Origin: Planctomycetota bacterium
GTDB lineage: Bacteria; Planctomycetota; UBA8108; SXIK01
Length of the DNA: 64,000 nucleotides
NCBI GenBank assembly: GCA_965223845.1
Contig: CBDCXR010000004.1
Span: 2,944,001 to 3,008,000 of the forward strand
Reading direction: 5' to 3'
The position numbers and the translations under genes were made by a program. The notes under the pieces are model-generated. The model was not told where the DNA came from. It saw only the letters and a list, made by a program, of their open reading frames with translations, and did not search any database. This document shows, piece after piece, positions 29,585 through 38,236 of this stretch (positions are counted from its first letter, which is position 1; each line of letters starts with the position of its first letter).

Positions 29585-30961
29585 ATGAAACCGGTCAATT
29601 TGTGCAAGGTGGGCGATCAAGTCGCCGGGCATCCGGCGCTGACACGGATCGCGGTCATCGCGGGGCTCTCGCTCGCCGCGATCGCTTCCGTGCCAGCGGG
29701 CGAGCGCGACGACCGCGAGCTCAACTGGCCCGAGTGGCGCGGTCCGCTCGGAACCGGGGTCGCGCCGAAGGCCGATCCACCGCTCAGCTGGAACGAAGAG
29801 AGCAATGTTCGCTGGCGCGTTGCACTTCCCGGGCGCGGTCACTCCACGCCGGTCGTTTGGGGAGACAAGATCTACCTGACGGCCGCGGTCCCGTACGGCC
29901 CCGCCCTCGAGCCGAAACCCGAAACGGCCCCGGGCGCTCACGACAATCTTCCCGTGACGCACCGGCACGAGTCGGTTGTCGTCGCCGTGAGTCGAGCGAA
30001 ACGCGACATCGTCTGGCAGAAGACGGTCCACCGCGGTCTTCCGCACGAAGGAGGGCATACGACCGGGAGTCTCGCGTCCGCGTCACCGATCACCGACGGC
30101 ACCCACGTCTATGCGTTCTTCGGGTCGCGTGGACTCTACTGCCTCGACCCCGCCGGTGAAATCGTGTGGGAGAAACACTTCGGCGAAATGCAGACGAAGC
30201 ACGCCCACGGAGAGGGCAGCTCCCCCGTTCTCTACCGCAACACGATCGTCGTCAACTGGGACCACGAAGGGCAATCCTTCGTGACGGCACTCGACAAGGA
30301 GACCGGCGATCCTCGGTGGCGCATCGACCGCGACGAAGTTACCTCGTGGGCGAGTCCGATCGTCGTCGAGCACGCGGGAAAACCCCAGCTCATCGTGAGC
30401 GGAACGGGTCGAGTGCGCGGATACGATCTCACGTCCGGCGGCGTGATCTGGGAGTGTGGAGGGCTTTCCCACAATGTCGTCGCCTCGCCCGTCGCCGGCA
30501 ACGGTATGGTGTTCGCCGCGAGCAGCTACGACCGGCAAGCGATGCTGGCGATTCGGCTCACGGGAGCGAAGGGAGATGTCACCGGGACGAAGAATCTCGT
30601 CTGGCGTCGCGTCCAGCGCACGCCGTACGTACCGTCTCCTCTCCTCTACGATGACGCGCTCTACTTTCTCCGGCACTACCAAGGTATCCTCTCCCGTGTC
30701 GACGCGAAGTCGGGCGAAGAACGGCACGGACCGATTCGCCTGCCGCGAATCCGAAACGTCTACGCATCTCCGGTCGGCGCAGCGGGGCGGATCTACATCA
30801 CCGATCGCGATGGGACGACGGTCGTCATGAGTCACGACGACGAACGGAAGTTGCTCGCGATCAACCAGCTCCGCGATACGTTCAGCGCGTCGATGGCCAT
30901 CGTCGGGAAGGAGATTTTCCTCCGCGGCGAAGCGCAGCTCTACTGCATCGCAGAGGACTGA
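29585..30961 (+). CDS. PQQ-binding-like (BamB-type) beta-propeller repeat protein
   Basis: NWPEWRGP.G.G, GHSTPVVWGD, ASASPITDG, SSPVL, SWASP, VPSPLLY, YASPV repeats; hydrophobic N-terminal segment. Start is uncertain. Confidence 0.9.
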   Translation: MKPVNLCKVGDQVAGHPALTRIAVIAGLSLAAIASVPAGERDDRELNWPEWRGPLGTGVAPKADPPLSWNEESNVRWRVALPGRGHSTPVVWGDKIYLTAAVPYGPALEPKPETAPGAHDNLPVTHRHESVVVAVSRAKRDIVWQKTVHRGLPHEGGHTTGSLASASPITDGTHVYAFFGSRGLYCLDPAGEIVWEKHFGEMQTKHAHGEGSSPVLYRNTIVVNWDHEGQSFVTALDKETGDPRWRIDRDEVTSWASPIVVEHAGKPQLIVSGTGRVRGYDLTSGGVIWECGGLSHNVVASPVAGNGMVFAASSYDRQAMLAIRLTGAKGDVTGTKNLVWRRVQRTPYVPSPLLYDDALYFLRHYQGILSRVDAKSGEERHGPIRLPRIRNVYASPVGAAGRIYITDRDGTTVVMSHDDERKLLAINQLRDTFSASMAIVGKEIFLRGEAQLYCIAED

Positions 30962-31125
30962 TCCGGTCGCGGACGAGGGCGGCGACCTCCCACGAATGGC
31001 AGTATCGTCCTTGACGACGCCAGATGGATCGCTCTACGTTGGTGTCTGAACCGACAGAGGGTCGAGCGTCACTCCAGCCAGGGGCAAGTGCTCGGGGGCG
31101 ACGCTCGCGCAGACGCACGAGCGGT

Positions 31126-31132
31126 AAGGAGG
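31126..31132 (+). promoter_or_regulatory. Shine-Dalgarno site AAGGAGG
   Basis: Perfect SD 5 nt upstream of the in-frame GTG at 31138. Confidence 0.7.
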
Positions 31133-31137
31133 CAGAT

Positions 31138-32679
31138 GTGATTGATCGTCGTTGGACCCGTTGTATCGGGCGAATTCGGCGTCCCGGGCGCGCGAACGCG
31201 GCCCCTCGGTGCGCGAATCGTTTCGCGCGAGCCACGCTGCTCGCGCTCAGCACTGTGCTCGCGAGCGGTTGCAGCGACTACCTCAAGAAGAGGGAGCTCG
31301 CGGCGGTCGCGAAAGACTGGTCTCTCGTCATCCGGGCGAGTCAGGTCATTCCCGTTTACCCTCTCACCGAGGATCTTCAACCGGGTGACCTATTCCTCGT
31401 GCTTCGCTCGATTCCCGAGCAAGTCGACGAGTACACAAAGAGTGGCTTCCTCCCACTCGATCAGCACATCACTCGTTTGGGCCCGTTCGACTACGCGACG
31501 CACTATCAGGAGTCGTACGGGACGAAAGATCGCCCCGTCATCCCGCGCGATTATCAGTTCCCATCGAACGCTGCCGGCACGCCGGCGACGCCGGAAAGAG
31601 ATGCGAGCTCGTCGACCCCGCCGGATGGTGCGGCTGCGACCGCGACCGCAGACGCTACGCCGGCGGGAGGCGAAGAGAGCGGGGACGACGCGGGGGACAA
31701 TTCGAGCGAGCCAGCGACGACGACGGACTGGAAGCTCGCGCCGCGCGCCGCCTTCCCGAGCTACAACTTTTCGGTGAAGAGCGGAGGCGCGCTCGGGCTC
31801 GCGATGCCGATTCAGGGGGTTCCCGTCGCGCTGAGCCTCATGCAGGCGGATCAGGCGACCGGGTCGGTGACGATCAGCGATGCGTATACGTACGGGCTAC
31901 CGTTTCAAGGAATCGCTACCGAAGTCTACGACTGGGCCAGACAGCCCCTTCACCGGTCCATGTTGGCGAACCTGCGACGGGAAGTCGTGAACGCGGAGAG
32001 TTGCTGGAGCCGGGCGTGGCGCTGGTTGACCCGCCGACCCGAGCCGACGATCTACGTGCGAGCGGTGAACCGTGTCTATCTCACGCAAGGGATCGTCGTT
32101 CAGGTCAATGCGTCCTCGAGCGGCGGCGCGGACATCGCGGGTGGAGCTCCGAAGGACGTTCAGATTCCCGGATTGGAGGACCAGAAGACCGCCGAGAACT
32201 ACGCGAACGCCCTCGAGCAAGTGAGCAAGAAGATCGACAGCACTCTTCCCGGTGGGGAGTTGAAGCTCGCTTGGGCGACTTCCCGCTCCGTGTCGCTCTC
32301 CGAGAACTTCGAACGACCGCTCGTGGTCGGGTACCTCGCGTTCGACTTCCCGGTGCTTCCCGACGGAAGTCTCGGCGTGCCGATCGCTACGCGCGATCAG
32401 CTTCAGCGAGGCAGCTCGGACGTTCGGGTCGAGTCGGCCGTCGAGGAGTACGGCGACGTCCTCGAGGAGATTGAAAGCCTCCCCGAGGCACGCCGGAGCG
32501 GAGTCTACGAGAAGGCAGCGACTGCGCTCGGGACCGAGTTCAAAGCGCTCTACGACAAGGAGCGCGCATCTCTTTCGCCGGGCGAGGCATTCACCACCGC
32601 CCGCCGCCGTCATTCCTTCGGGAAGTCGGTCGACGCCGCGCACTACGAGAACGCGCTGCGGACGGCGTTGAGGGACTAA
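31138..32679 (+). CDS. Hypothetical lipoprotein with predicted gasdermin-like pore-forming fold
   Basis: GTG start after AAGGAGG; Arg-rich n-region, h-region TLLALSTVL, lipobox ASG-C (Cys codon 31270). Motif order IPVYPLTEDLQPGDLFLV ... FPSYNFSV-hairpin ... IYVRAVNRVYLTQGIVVQV ... ELKLAW...PLVVGY resembles gasdermins. The CDS is solid; the fold call is inference. Confidence 0.7.
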   Translation: MIDRRWTRCIGRIRRPGRANAAPRCANRFARATLLALSTVLASGCSDYLKKRELAAVAKDWSLVIRASQVIPVYPLTEDLQPGDLFLVLRSIPEQVDEYTKSGFLPLDQHITRLGPFDYATHYQESYGTKDRPVIPRDYQFPSNAAGTPATPERDASSSTPPDGAAATATADATPAGGEESGDDAGDNSSEPATTTDWKLAPRAAFPSYNFSVKSGGALGLAMPIQGVPVALSLMQADQATGSVTISDAYTYGLPFQGIATEVYDWARQPLHRSMLANLRREVVNAESCWSRAWRWLTRRPEPTIYVRAVNRVYLTQGIVVQVNASSSGGADIAGGAPKDVQIPGLEDQKTAENYANALEQVSKKIDSTLPGGELKLAWATSRSVSLSENFERPLVVGYLAFDFPVLPDGSLGVPIATRDQLQRGSSDVRVESAVEEYGDVLEEIESLPEARRSGVYEKAATALGTEFKALYDKERASLSPGEAFTTARRRHSFGKSVDAAHYENALRTALRD

Positions 32680-32769
32680 CTCGTCGACCCTGCGACGCGG
32701 AACTTCGGCGCGATGTCGCCCTCGCGTCGGCCGTTCTCTCAGCTCTCGGACACTCAGTAGGAGAATTCC

Positions 32770-32940
32770 GTGCCCCCGACCAGACGACCCGAAGAGTACG
32801 AGATCCCAGCCTCGTGGCCGCTCAAGGACATGTCCGAGTGGATCAAGATGACGCTCGAGGAGCCAGGCGTTCGCTCCGTCGAGGTGGTCAAGCGCGGGCA
32901 GAAGTACTGGTTTCTCGTGAACTTCAAGCCGAGTTCGTAG
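32770..32940 (+). CDS. Small 56-aa protein missed by the ORF track (MPPTRRPEEYEIPASWPLKDMSEWIKMTLEEPGVRSVEVVKRGQKYWFLVNFKPSS)
   Basis: TAGGAGA RBS directly upstream of GTG; mostly G/C third codon positions; globular-looking composition with aromatic residues, unlike the Arg/Ser-rich shadow ORFs. Confidence 0.65.
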   Translation: MPPTRRPEEYEIPASWPLKDMSEWIKMTLEEPGVRSVEVVKRGQKYWFLVNFKPSS

Positions 32941-33029
32941 GGCCGAATCCGCGCCCAGCACGGGCGTCCGATTCAGCGCGCCCGTCCGGGAATCCTGACG
33001 GATCCGGCCGCGCACTCACGGATGGAGAG

Positions 33030-33260
33030 ATGTCAGCACAGAAGCTCACTCTCTTCACCGGAGCGACCATGAACCATTCCGAGCCGAGATCCGAAATCGC
33101 GACCGTCTGCATGGGCGGCTGCGTCGTCGGACTCGCGTGTGCCGGAGCCGAGCTGCTTCGGCGCGTGTTCGCAGCGACGATCGGGAGCTGGGAACCGGAT
33201 ACCGTTGTCGAGTGGATCTGCACGCTCTGCCGCGGGAGTGAGTGGGGAGCCGTGCTCTGA
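33030..33260 (+). CDS. Possible small Cys-containing hydrophobic protein (76 aa, or 63 aa from ATG 33069)
   Basis: GGAG before both ATGs; hydrophobic stretch IATVCMGGCVVGLACAGA and a CTLC motif; occupies otherwise empty sequence. Confidence 0.35.
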   Translation: MSAQKLTLFTGATMNHSEPRSEIATVCMGGCVVGLACAGAELLRRVFAATIGSWEPDTVVEWICTLCRGSEWGAVL

Positions 33261-33361
33261 CCCGGCGTTCGAACGGGTGAGGCGCCTCCCATTCCTCGCG
33301 ATTGACCTCCGAGGGCAGGTGGTCTGTGCCGGCAGCGGACGGATCACGTTCGAAGCGTGGA

Positions 33362-35371
33362 TCACTCGAACCGAGTTCTCACCGACTCGAGAATCCGTCC
33401 GATGCGATCCAGATCTTCCGGGAGCCAGTAGCGCTCGTCGACGAGCTTCTTCGCCGACTCGCGAAACTGCTCCCGGTAGTCTTTGAAACTCGCGTACCGT
33501 TCCCCGAGGGAAGGGCGCGGGTCGCCGCGAGATGTCCGCTCGGCGCGAGAGCGCGCGAAGGGGATGTACCCGCCGCTCAGGCTGAGCAGCTCCGTCTCCG
33601 CTCCGATCGAGCGATGCCGGAGATTCCAGCTCGTAAACGTACCGAGTGGAACGTCGACGCTCGGAAGGTTGAGAAATCCGAGCTCGTTCCCATCGGCGCG
33701 GTACGCGCCGACCTTCACGACGTAGTCGCCGAGCGATCGCGGCGGCTCGATGCTGGTTCGGCGACTCCGCAAAAACTCTGGCCCGCGATCGAGAAACTCG
33801 GGCTGCTGAATCACCTGCGGGTAACGTACGCCCGGAAGTGCCGGCCAGCCGCTCTCGCGCTCCCGCCAACCGACGAGCGTTCCGTCGGAGATTTTCGGAT
33901 ACGCACTCGGCGGCGGCGCGACCCCGTCGCGCACCCACGCGTCGAGTGCGAGGACCAGCGCTCTCATGAACGGCCGGTAGTCCGCGTGATTCGATGGGAG
34001 CTGACCTCGCGTGCTCGGACCTGACGGACGCCCCGAGCCTGGTCCGTGCTGCGTTCCCCCGAAAGAGTAGATTCGAACTTCCGGAGGGATCTGCGCATCG
34101 CGCTGCCCGAGGGGATCGGTGTGGACGAGCGAACCGCTTCGATGCCAGTACTCCGACGACGATTGAGTGTGGAACACCTTCGGCACCGTTCCCGTAGCAC
34201 GAGCGCGCCGGAGAATCCCGTCGACACGGCCGGTGAACGGATCGACGTCGTCGCCATACGTGAAGGGAAAGACATCCGCGGGGTAGAGGTGATTGTCGTG
34301 CTGCGCGTTGTGACGCGTCGGCGACGCGAAACGATGGTTGAAGAATCCGAGGCCTGCGCCGGCTACGTGCGGGATCACCCCGTCGAACACCATCCGCCCG
34401 GACTCGTCGCGATTGAATCCGTCGTAGAGAAGCATCCGGAGACAGCGACCGCTTTGTGACGTGCCGAACCCGTAGGCGAACTCCATCGCCGGCGCGCCGT
34501 CGCTCTTGAGAAGCGGATTGCGCTCGTCGGTGAAATACTTGAGCGACGAGATCCAATCGCGGATTCCGGCGAGCCCGAGTCCCTGAACGAGCGGATTCTT
34601 GGCTTCGTAGATGAGCTCGTAGATCTCGCCGGCGCGGAATCCGCCGGCGTAGACGAGATCGACGCGCGGGAGCGCGGCGCCATCGACCCACTCGATGTCG
34701 AAGTACCACTGCGATCGCGGTATCGGGACGCGTGGATCCTTCTCGCGGAGACGACGGGTGAGGGTCGCTTCTCGCTGGCCTCGCTCCGTCGGCGCGTAGC
34801 TTCCGTGACCGCCCCAGTGTGCGATGGAAAGGCGGTCCGTATCACGATCGGGCGCCATCTCCGCACGGACGACTCCCGTGATGGCCTCGCCGGAGTCGCG
34901 TGCGACGGGCGCGCGAAGAACGTAGCGACGGCCGTCGGGAATCAGCTCTGCGATCCAGCCGCTCCAGGCCACCACGAACCCGTGACGCGCGAAGAAATGA
35001 TCCGCACCGCCGCCGATGATCCCGAGGCAGGTGGGATTGCCCCGATTGTTCACGTCGTAAAACACCGCGCCGTTCGACCGCTCGACCTCGACCGGCTTCA
35101 AGAGACCGAAGTCCGCCGAGAAGCGCACGCGTCCGTCACCGTCGCGCGGGGCGAGATCGAGATCGACGACGTTCCGGCTGCTCTGGGCGAACGGATCGAC
35201 GGAGAAATGAACGACGCCGCGGACGAGCTCGTACGGACCTCGCTCGCCGAAGGATCGACCGCTTGCGTAGGGAGTCCGCGACGAGATCTCGACGCGGACG
35301 ACCTCGGCATCGATCGTCGCCGCGCCGAGGCACATGACGCAAACGACGAACATCCCGATGAGTTGGCGCAC
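33362..35371 (-). CDS. Exported alpha/beta hydrolase domain protein (Abhydrolase_10-like)
   Basis: GTG start after GGAGGG; signal peptide; YDVNNRG, AWSGW, GLGLAGIRD, GTSQSGR nucleophile elbow, SSSEYW, GGTQH, VPLGTFTSWN. Confidence 0.87.
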   Translation of the reverse strand: MRQLIGMFVVCVMCLGAATIDAEVVRVEISSRTPYASGRSFGERGPYELVRGVVHFSVDPFAQSSRNVVDLDLAPRDGDGRVRFSADFGLLKPVEVERSNGAVFYDVNNRGNPTCLGIIGGGADHFFARHGFVVAWSGWIAELIPDGRRYVLRAPVARDSGEAITGVVRAEMAPDRDTDRLSIAHWGGHGSYAPTERGQREATLTRRLREKDPRVPIPRSQWYFDIEWVDGAALPRVDLVYAGGFRAGEIYELIYEAKNPLVQGLGLAGIRDWISSLKYFTDERNPLLKSDGAPAMEFAYGFGTSQSGRCLRMLLYDGFNRDESGRMVFDGVIPHVAGAGLGFFNHRFASPTRHNAQHDNHLYPADVFPFTYGDDVDPFTGRVDGILRRARATGTVPKVFHTQSSSEYWHRSGSLVHTDPLGQRDAQIPPEVRIYSFGGTQHGPGSGRPSGPSTRGQLPSNHADYRPFMRALVLALDAWVRDGVAPPPSAYPKISDGTLVGWRERESGWPALPGVRYPQVIQQPEFLDRGPEFLRSRRTSIEPPRSLGDYVVKVGAYRADGNELGFLNLPSVDVPLGTFTSWNLRHRSIGAETELLSLSGGYIPFARSRAERTSRGDPRPSLGERYASFKDYREQFRESAKKLVDERYWLPEDLDRIGRILESVRTRFE

Positions 35372-35390
35372 TCCGGTTCCCTCCGTCGTC

Positions 35391-36968
35391 CTACTGGGCG
35401 TTCTTGTGAATCGGCTCATCGACGACCAGCGGCGGCGGGAACGACGACGCGCTCCGTCCGCCTCGTCCGCGGATGCGCTTGTTTTGCGAACCGCCGCGCG
35501 GCTGGTTGAGAGGGATCTCCATGCCGCCGAGCTCGGCCATCATCTCGTAGAGTCGGTTCTCCATTTTCTTCGCGATCTCCTTGAACGCCGGGTCGTAGAG
35601 GAGATTCTTCGACTCGTTCGGGTCCTGATCGAGATCGTAGAGCTCGTCGGCGTCCCACAGTCCGTAGTATGTGATGTACTTGTAACGATCACCGCGAAGC
35701 GAGAACACCGTGGGCGACTGGGGAAAGTTTTTCTCCCAGTAGTAAACGTAGAGAAAATAGTCGCGCCAAGCGACGTCCTTCCCTTGCGCTAGCGGAAGGA
35801 AGCTCTGACCGTCCATATGTGCGGGCGTCTCGAGCCCCATCGCCTCGAGAATCGTCGGTGCGACGTCGATGTTGGCGACGACCTCTTCGACCACTCGGCC
35901 GCCGGAGAACATGGCCGGGCATTGCATGAGCATCGGAACGCGGATCGATGTCTCGTACGCGACGCGCTTGTCGATGAGCCCGTGCTCACCGAACATGAAG
36001 CCGTTGTCGCCCATGTAAATGACGAGTGTCTCGTCGTGGATGCCCATGTCCTTCAGTTTTCCGAGCACGCGCCCGAGGCTGTCGTCGACGGCGCAGAGCG
36101 TTTCGCAGTAGTTCTTGTAGTACTTTTCGATGTCGAGCTCGCTGTGGTACGGAAAATCGACGCCGTGCCAACTGTTCCTCTGGTCGCGAAGCCAGCGCGG
36201 CTTCAGGTGATAGTTCGCTTCTGTGTTCGCCTCGGAAGCTGGACGCTCGAACGGAAGATCCGCGAACTTCCCCCGGTGTCGATCCGCGGGAGTGAAGTTC
36301 GCGTGCACGGCCTTGTGAGAGAGGTAGAGGAAAAACGGCTTCTCGGCCGGTTTTTGCGCGTCGAGCCATCGCAGAGCGTAGTCGGTGAGCTCGTCCGTAA
36401 TGTATCCCTGCTGCTTTACCCGCGCTCCGTCGACGTTCAGCGTGTAGTCGGGTTTGGGGGGAAGATAGTGCCCCTGACCGCGGAAGCTCACCCAATGGTC
36501 GAATCCCGGACGGGGCTCGTCGCTCGCGCCTCCCATATGCCACTTGCCGACGAACGCGGTCGCGTACCCCGCTTTCTGAAGATACTGAGGAAAGAAAATC
36601 GTGCCCTTGGGAACGAGTCGGTTGTTGTCGATCACGCGGTGCCGGAACGTGTAGAGTCCAGTCAGGATGGACGCGCGGCTCGGTGAACAGAGCGACGTCG
36701 TGACGAGGGCGTTCTTGAGGTGGACGCCGTTCTTCGCCATCGAGTCCATGTAAGGTGTCTTCGCAAACTGGTGCCCCATGAAGCTCATCGCGTCATAGCG
36801 ATGATCGTCCGAGAGCACGAAGACGACGTTTCGCGGCTTCGCGCCTTCGATTCGTTCGGGGAGGCTGATGTTCGCGGGGGCGGCCTCCTCGGCACGGATG
36901 GACCCCGCGAAGCTGCCAAGTGGGACCGAAAACAAGGCAAGTGAAACGAACAGTGCGCGTCGAACCAT
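35391..36968 (-). CDS. Cys-type S1 sulfatase (GlcNAc-6-sulfatase-like)
   Basis: VFVLSDDH, SLCSPSRASILTG, GKWHMG, HKAVH, MGDNG, DKR; signal peptide. Confidence 0.94.
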   Translation of the reverse strand: MVRRALFVSLALFSVPLGSFAGSIRAEEAAPANISLPERIEGAKPRNVVFVLSDDHRYDAMSFMGHQFAKTPYMDSMAKNGVHLKNALVTTSLCSPSRASILTGLYTFRHRVIDNNRLVPKGTIFFPQYLQKAGYATAFVGKWHMGGASDEPRPGFDHWVSFRGQGHYLPPKPDYTLNVDGARVKQQGYITDELTDYALRWLDAQKPAEKPFFLYLSHKAVHANFTPADRHRGKFADLPFERPASEANTEANYHLKPRWLRDQRNSWHGVDFPYHSELDIEKYYKNYCETLCAVDDSLGRVLGKLKDMGIHDETLVIYMGDNGFMFGEHGLIDKRVAYETSIRVPMLMQCPAMFSGGRVVEEVVANIDVAPTILEAMGLETPAHMDGQSFLPLAQGKDVAWRDYFLYVYYWEKNFPQSPTVFSLRGDRYKYITYYGLWDADELYDLDQDPNESKNLLYDPAFKEIAKKMENRLYEMMAELGGMEIPLNQPRGGSQNKRIRGRGGRSASSFPPPLVVDEPIHKNAQ

Positions 36969-37198
36969 GAATCGAGCTCTCCGGTCGCAGGGATTTGTTT
37001 ATCGAGCGGGGGGGTTACTCCGGCGATCAGATTCCTCGATCGAGGCTTCCTCCGCAAGCTCGGATCCGTCGCTCTGCGCCGACGCGACAAGATCGCACCG
37101 TTGACGGCACGAGGTCGAATGCGGACGCTAATCCTGCCGTCCGTCGCGCCGCTACGACGATCGCAACTCCCACCCCACCGCGCTCCGAGGTCTCCGTG

Positions 37199-38236
37199 AT
37201 GCTTTCTCTCCGCCGGCTGCTGCTCCATTCTTCCGCGGCTCTCGTCGCGGTCGGATTCATTTCACCACCAGTCGAAGCGATGCCCGAGGATCCGCCCGGA
37301 GCGGCGAGCCCCGACGCGGCGGCGGATCTCTTCGACCGAGTCGATCATCACTACGCGAAAAACGGCGATGTGAAGCTCCATTACGTGTCGATCGGATCGG
37401 GCCCCGTCGTCATCCTCCTCCACGGGTTTCCCGACTTCTGGTACACCTGGCGGCATCAGATGGATGCACTCGCCGCCGACCATCGCGTCGTGGCCATGGA
37501 CCTTCGCGGCTACAACAAGAGCGACAAACCGAAGGGCGTCGAACAGTACGACATGAAGCTCCTCATCGCCGACGTCGAAGCCGTGCTCGTTCACGCCGGA
37601 GCCGAACGCGCCACGATCGTCGGCCACGACTGGGGCGGTGCGATCGCTTGGGGATTCGCGATGGCGCGACCGAAGCGGACCGAGCGGCTCATCATCCTCA
37701 ATCTCCCCCACCCGCGCGGGCTCCTCCGCGAGCTCGCCACCAACCCGCAGCAGCAGAAGAACAGTGCGTACGCCCGCGAGTTTCAGAAGGAGGGGGCGCA
37801 CGAAAAGCTGAGTGCCGAAGGCCTAGCCCTCTGGGTGAAAGAGGCGTCCGCTCGTCCCCGGTACGTCGAAGCGTTCAAGCGTTCCGACTTCGCGGCGATG
37901 CTGAGCTACTACAAGCAGAACTATCCCCGCGAACCCTACGAGTCGAATCCGCTCGCGGCTCCAGGTGTCAAGGTGAAGTGTCCAGTGCTCATGTTTCACG
38001 GACTCGACGACTGGGCGCTGCTCCCGGGCGCGCTCAGCGGTACGTGGGACTGGATCGAAAGCGACTTGACCCTCGTCACCGTGCCCGGCGCGGGCCACTG
38101 GGTGCAGTACGACGCGAAAGAGCTCGTCACCCGGCGCATGCGGACCTGGCTTCGCGACACGAAGCAGCAGAGCGCGAAAACGCCGAGTGGTCGACCGCGC
38201 ACGAATGACGACCGGAACGAATCTCGCGATCAGTGA
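37199..38236 (+). CDS. Exported alpha/beta hydrolase (epoxide hydrolase-like)
   Basis: [29 protein letters not shown] (Asp nucleophile), GAGHWVQ; signal peptide from MLSLRR. Confidence 0.92.
   Translation: MLSLRRLLLHSSAALVAVGFISPPVEAMPEDPPGAASPDAAADLFDRVDHHYAKNGDVKLHYVSIGSGPVVILLHGFPDFWYTWRHQMDALAADHRVVAMDLRGYNKSDKPKGVEQYDMKLLIADVEAVLVHAGAERATIVGHDWGGAIAWGFAMARPKRTERLIILNLPHPRGLLRELATNPQQQKNSAYAREFQKEGAHEKLSAEGLALWVKEASARPRYVEAFKRSDFAAMLSYYKQNYPREPYESNPLAAPGVKVKCPVLMFHGLDDWALLPGALSGTWDWIESDLTLVTVPGAGHWVQYDAKELVTRRMRTWLRDTKQQSAKTPSGRPRTNDDRNESRDQ

Noticed and set aside
29585-35371. Flanking beta-propeller and alpha/beta hydrolase genes as activators of the gasdermin-like protein
   Set aside because: Neither is a caspase, trypsin, subtilase or CHAT protease; both are common planctomycete families separated by non-coding gaps, so the sequence gives no link.
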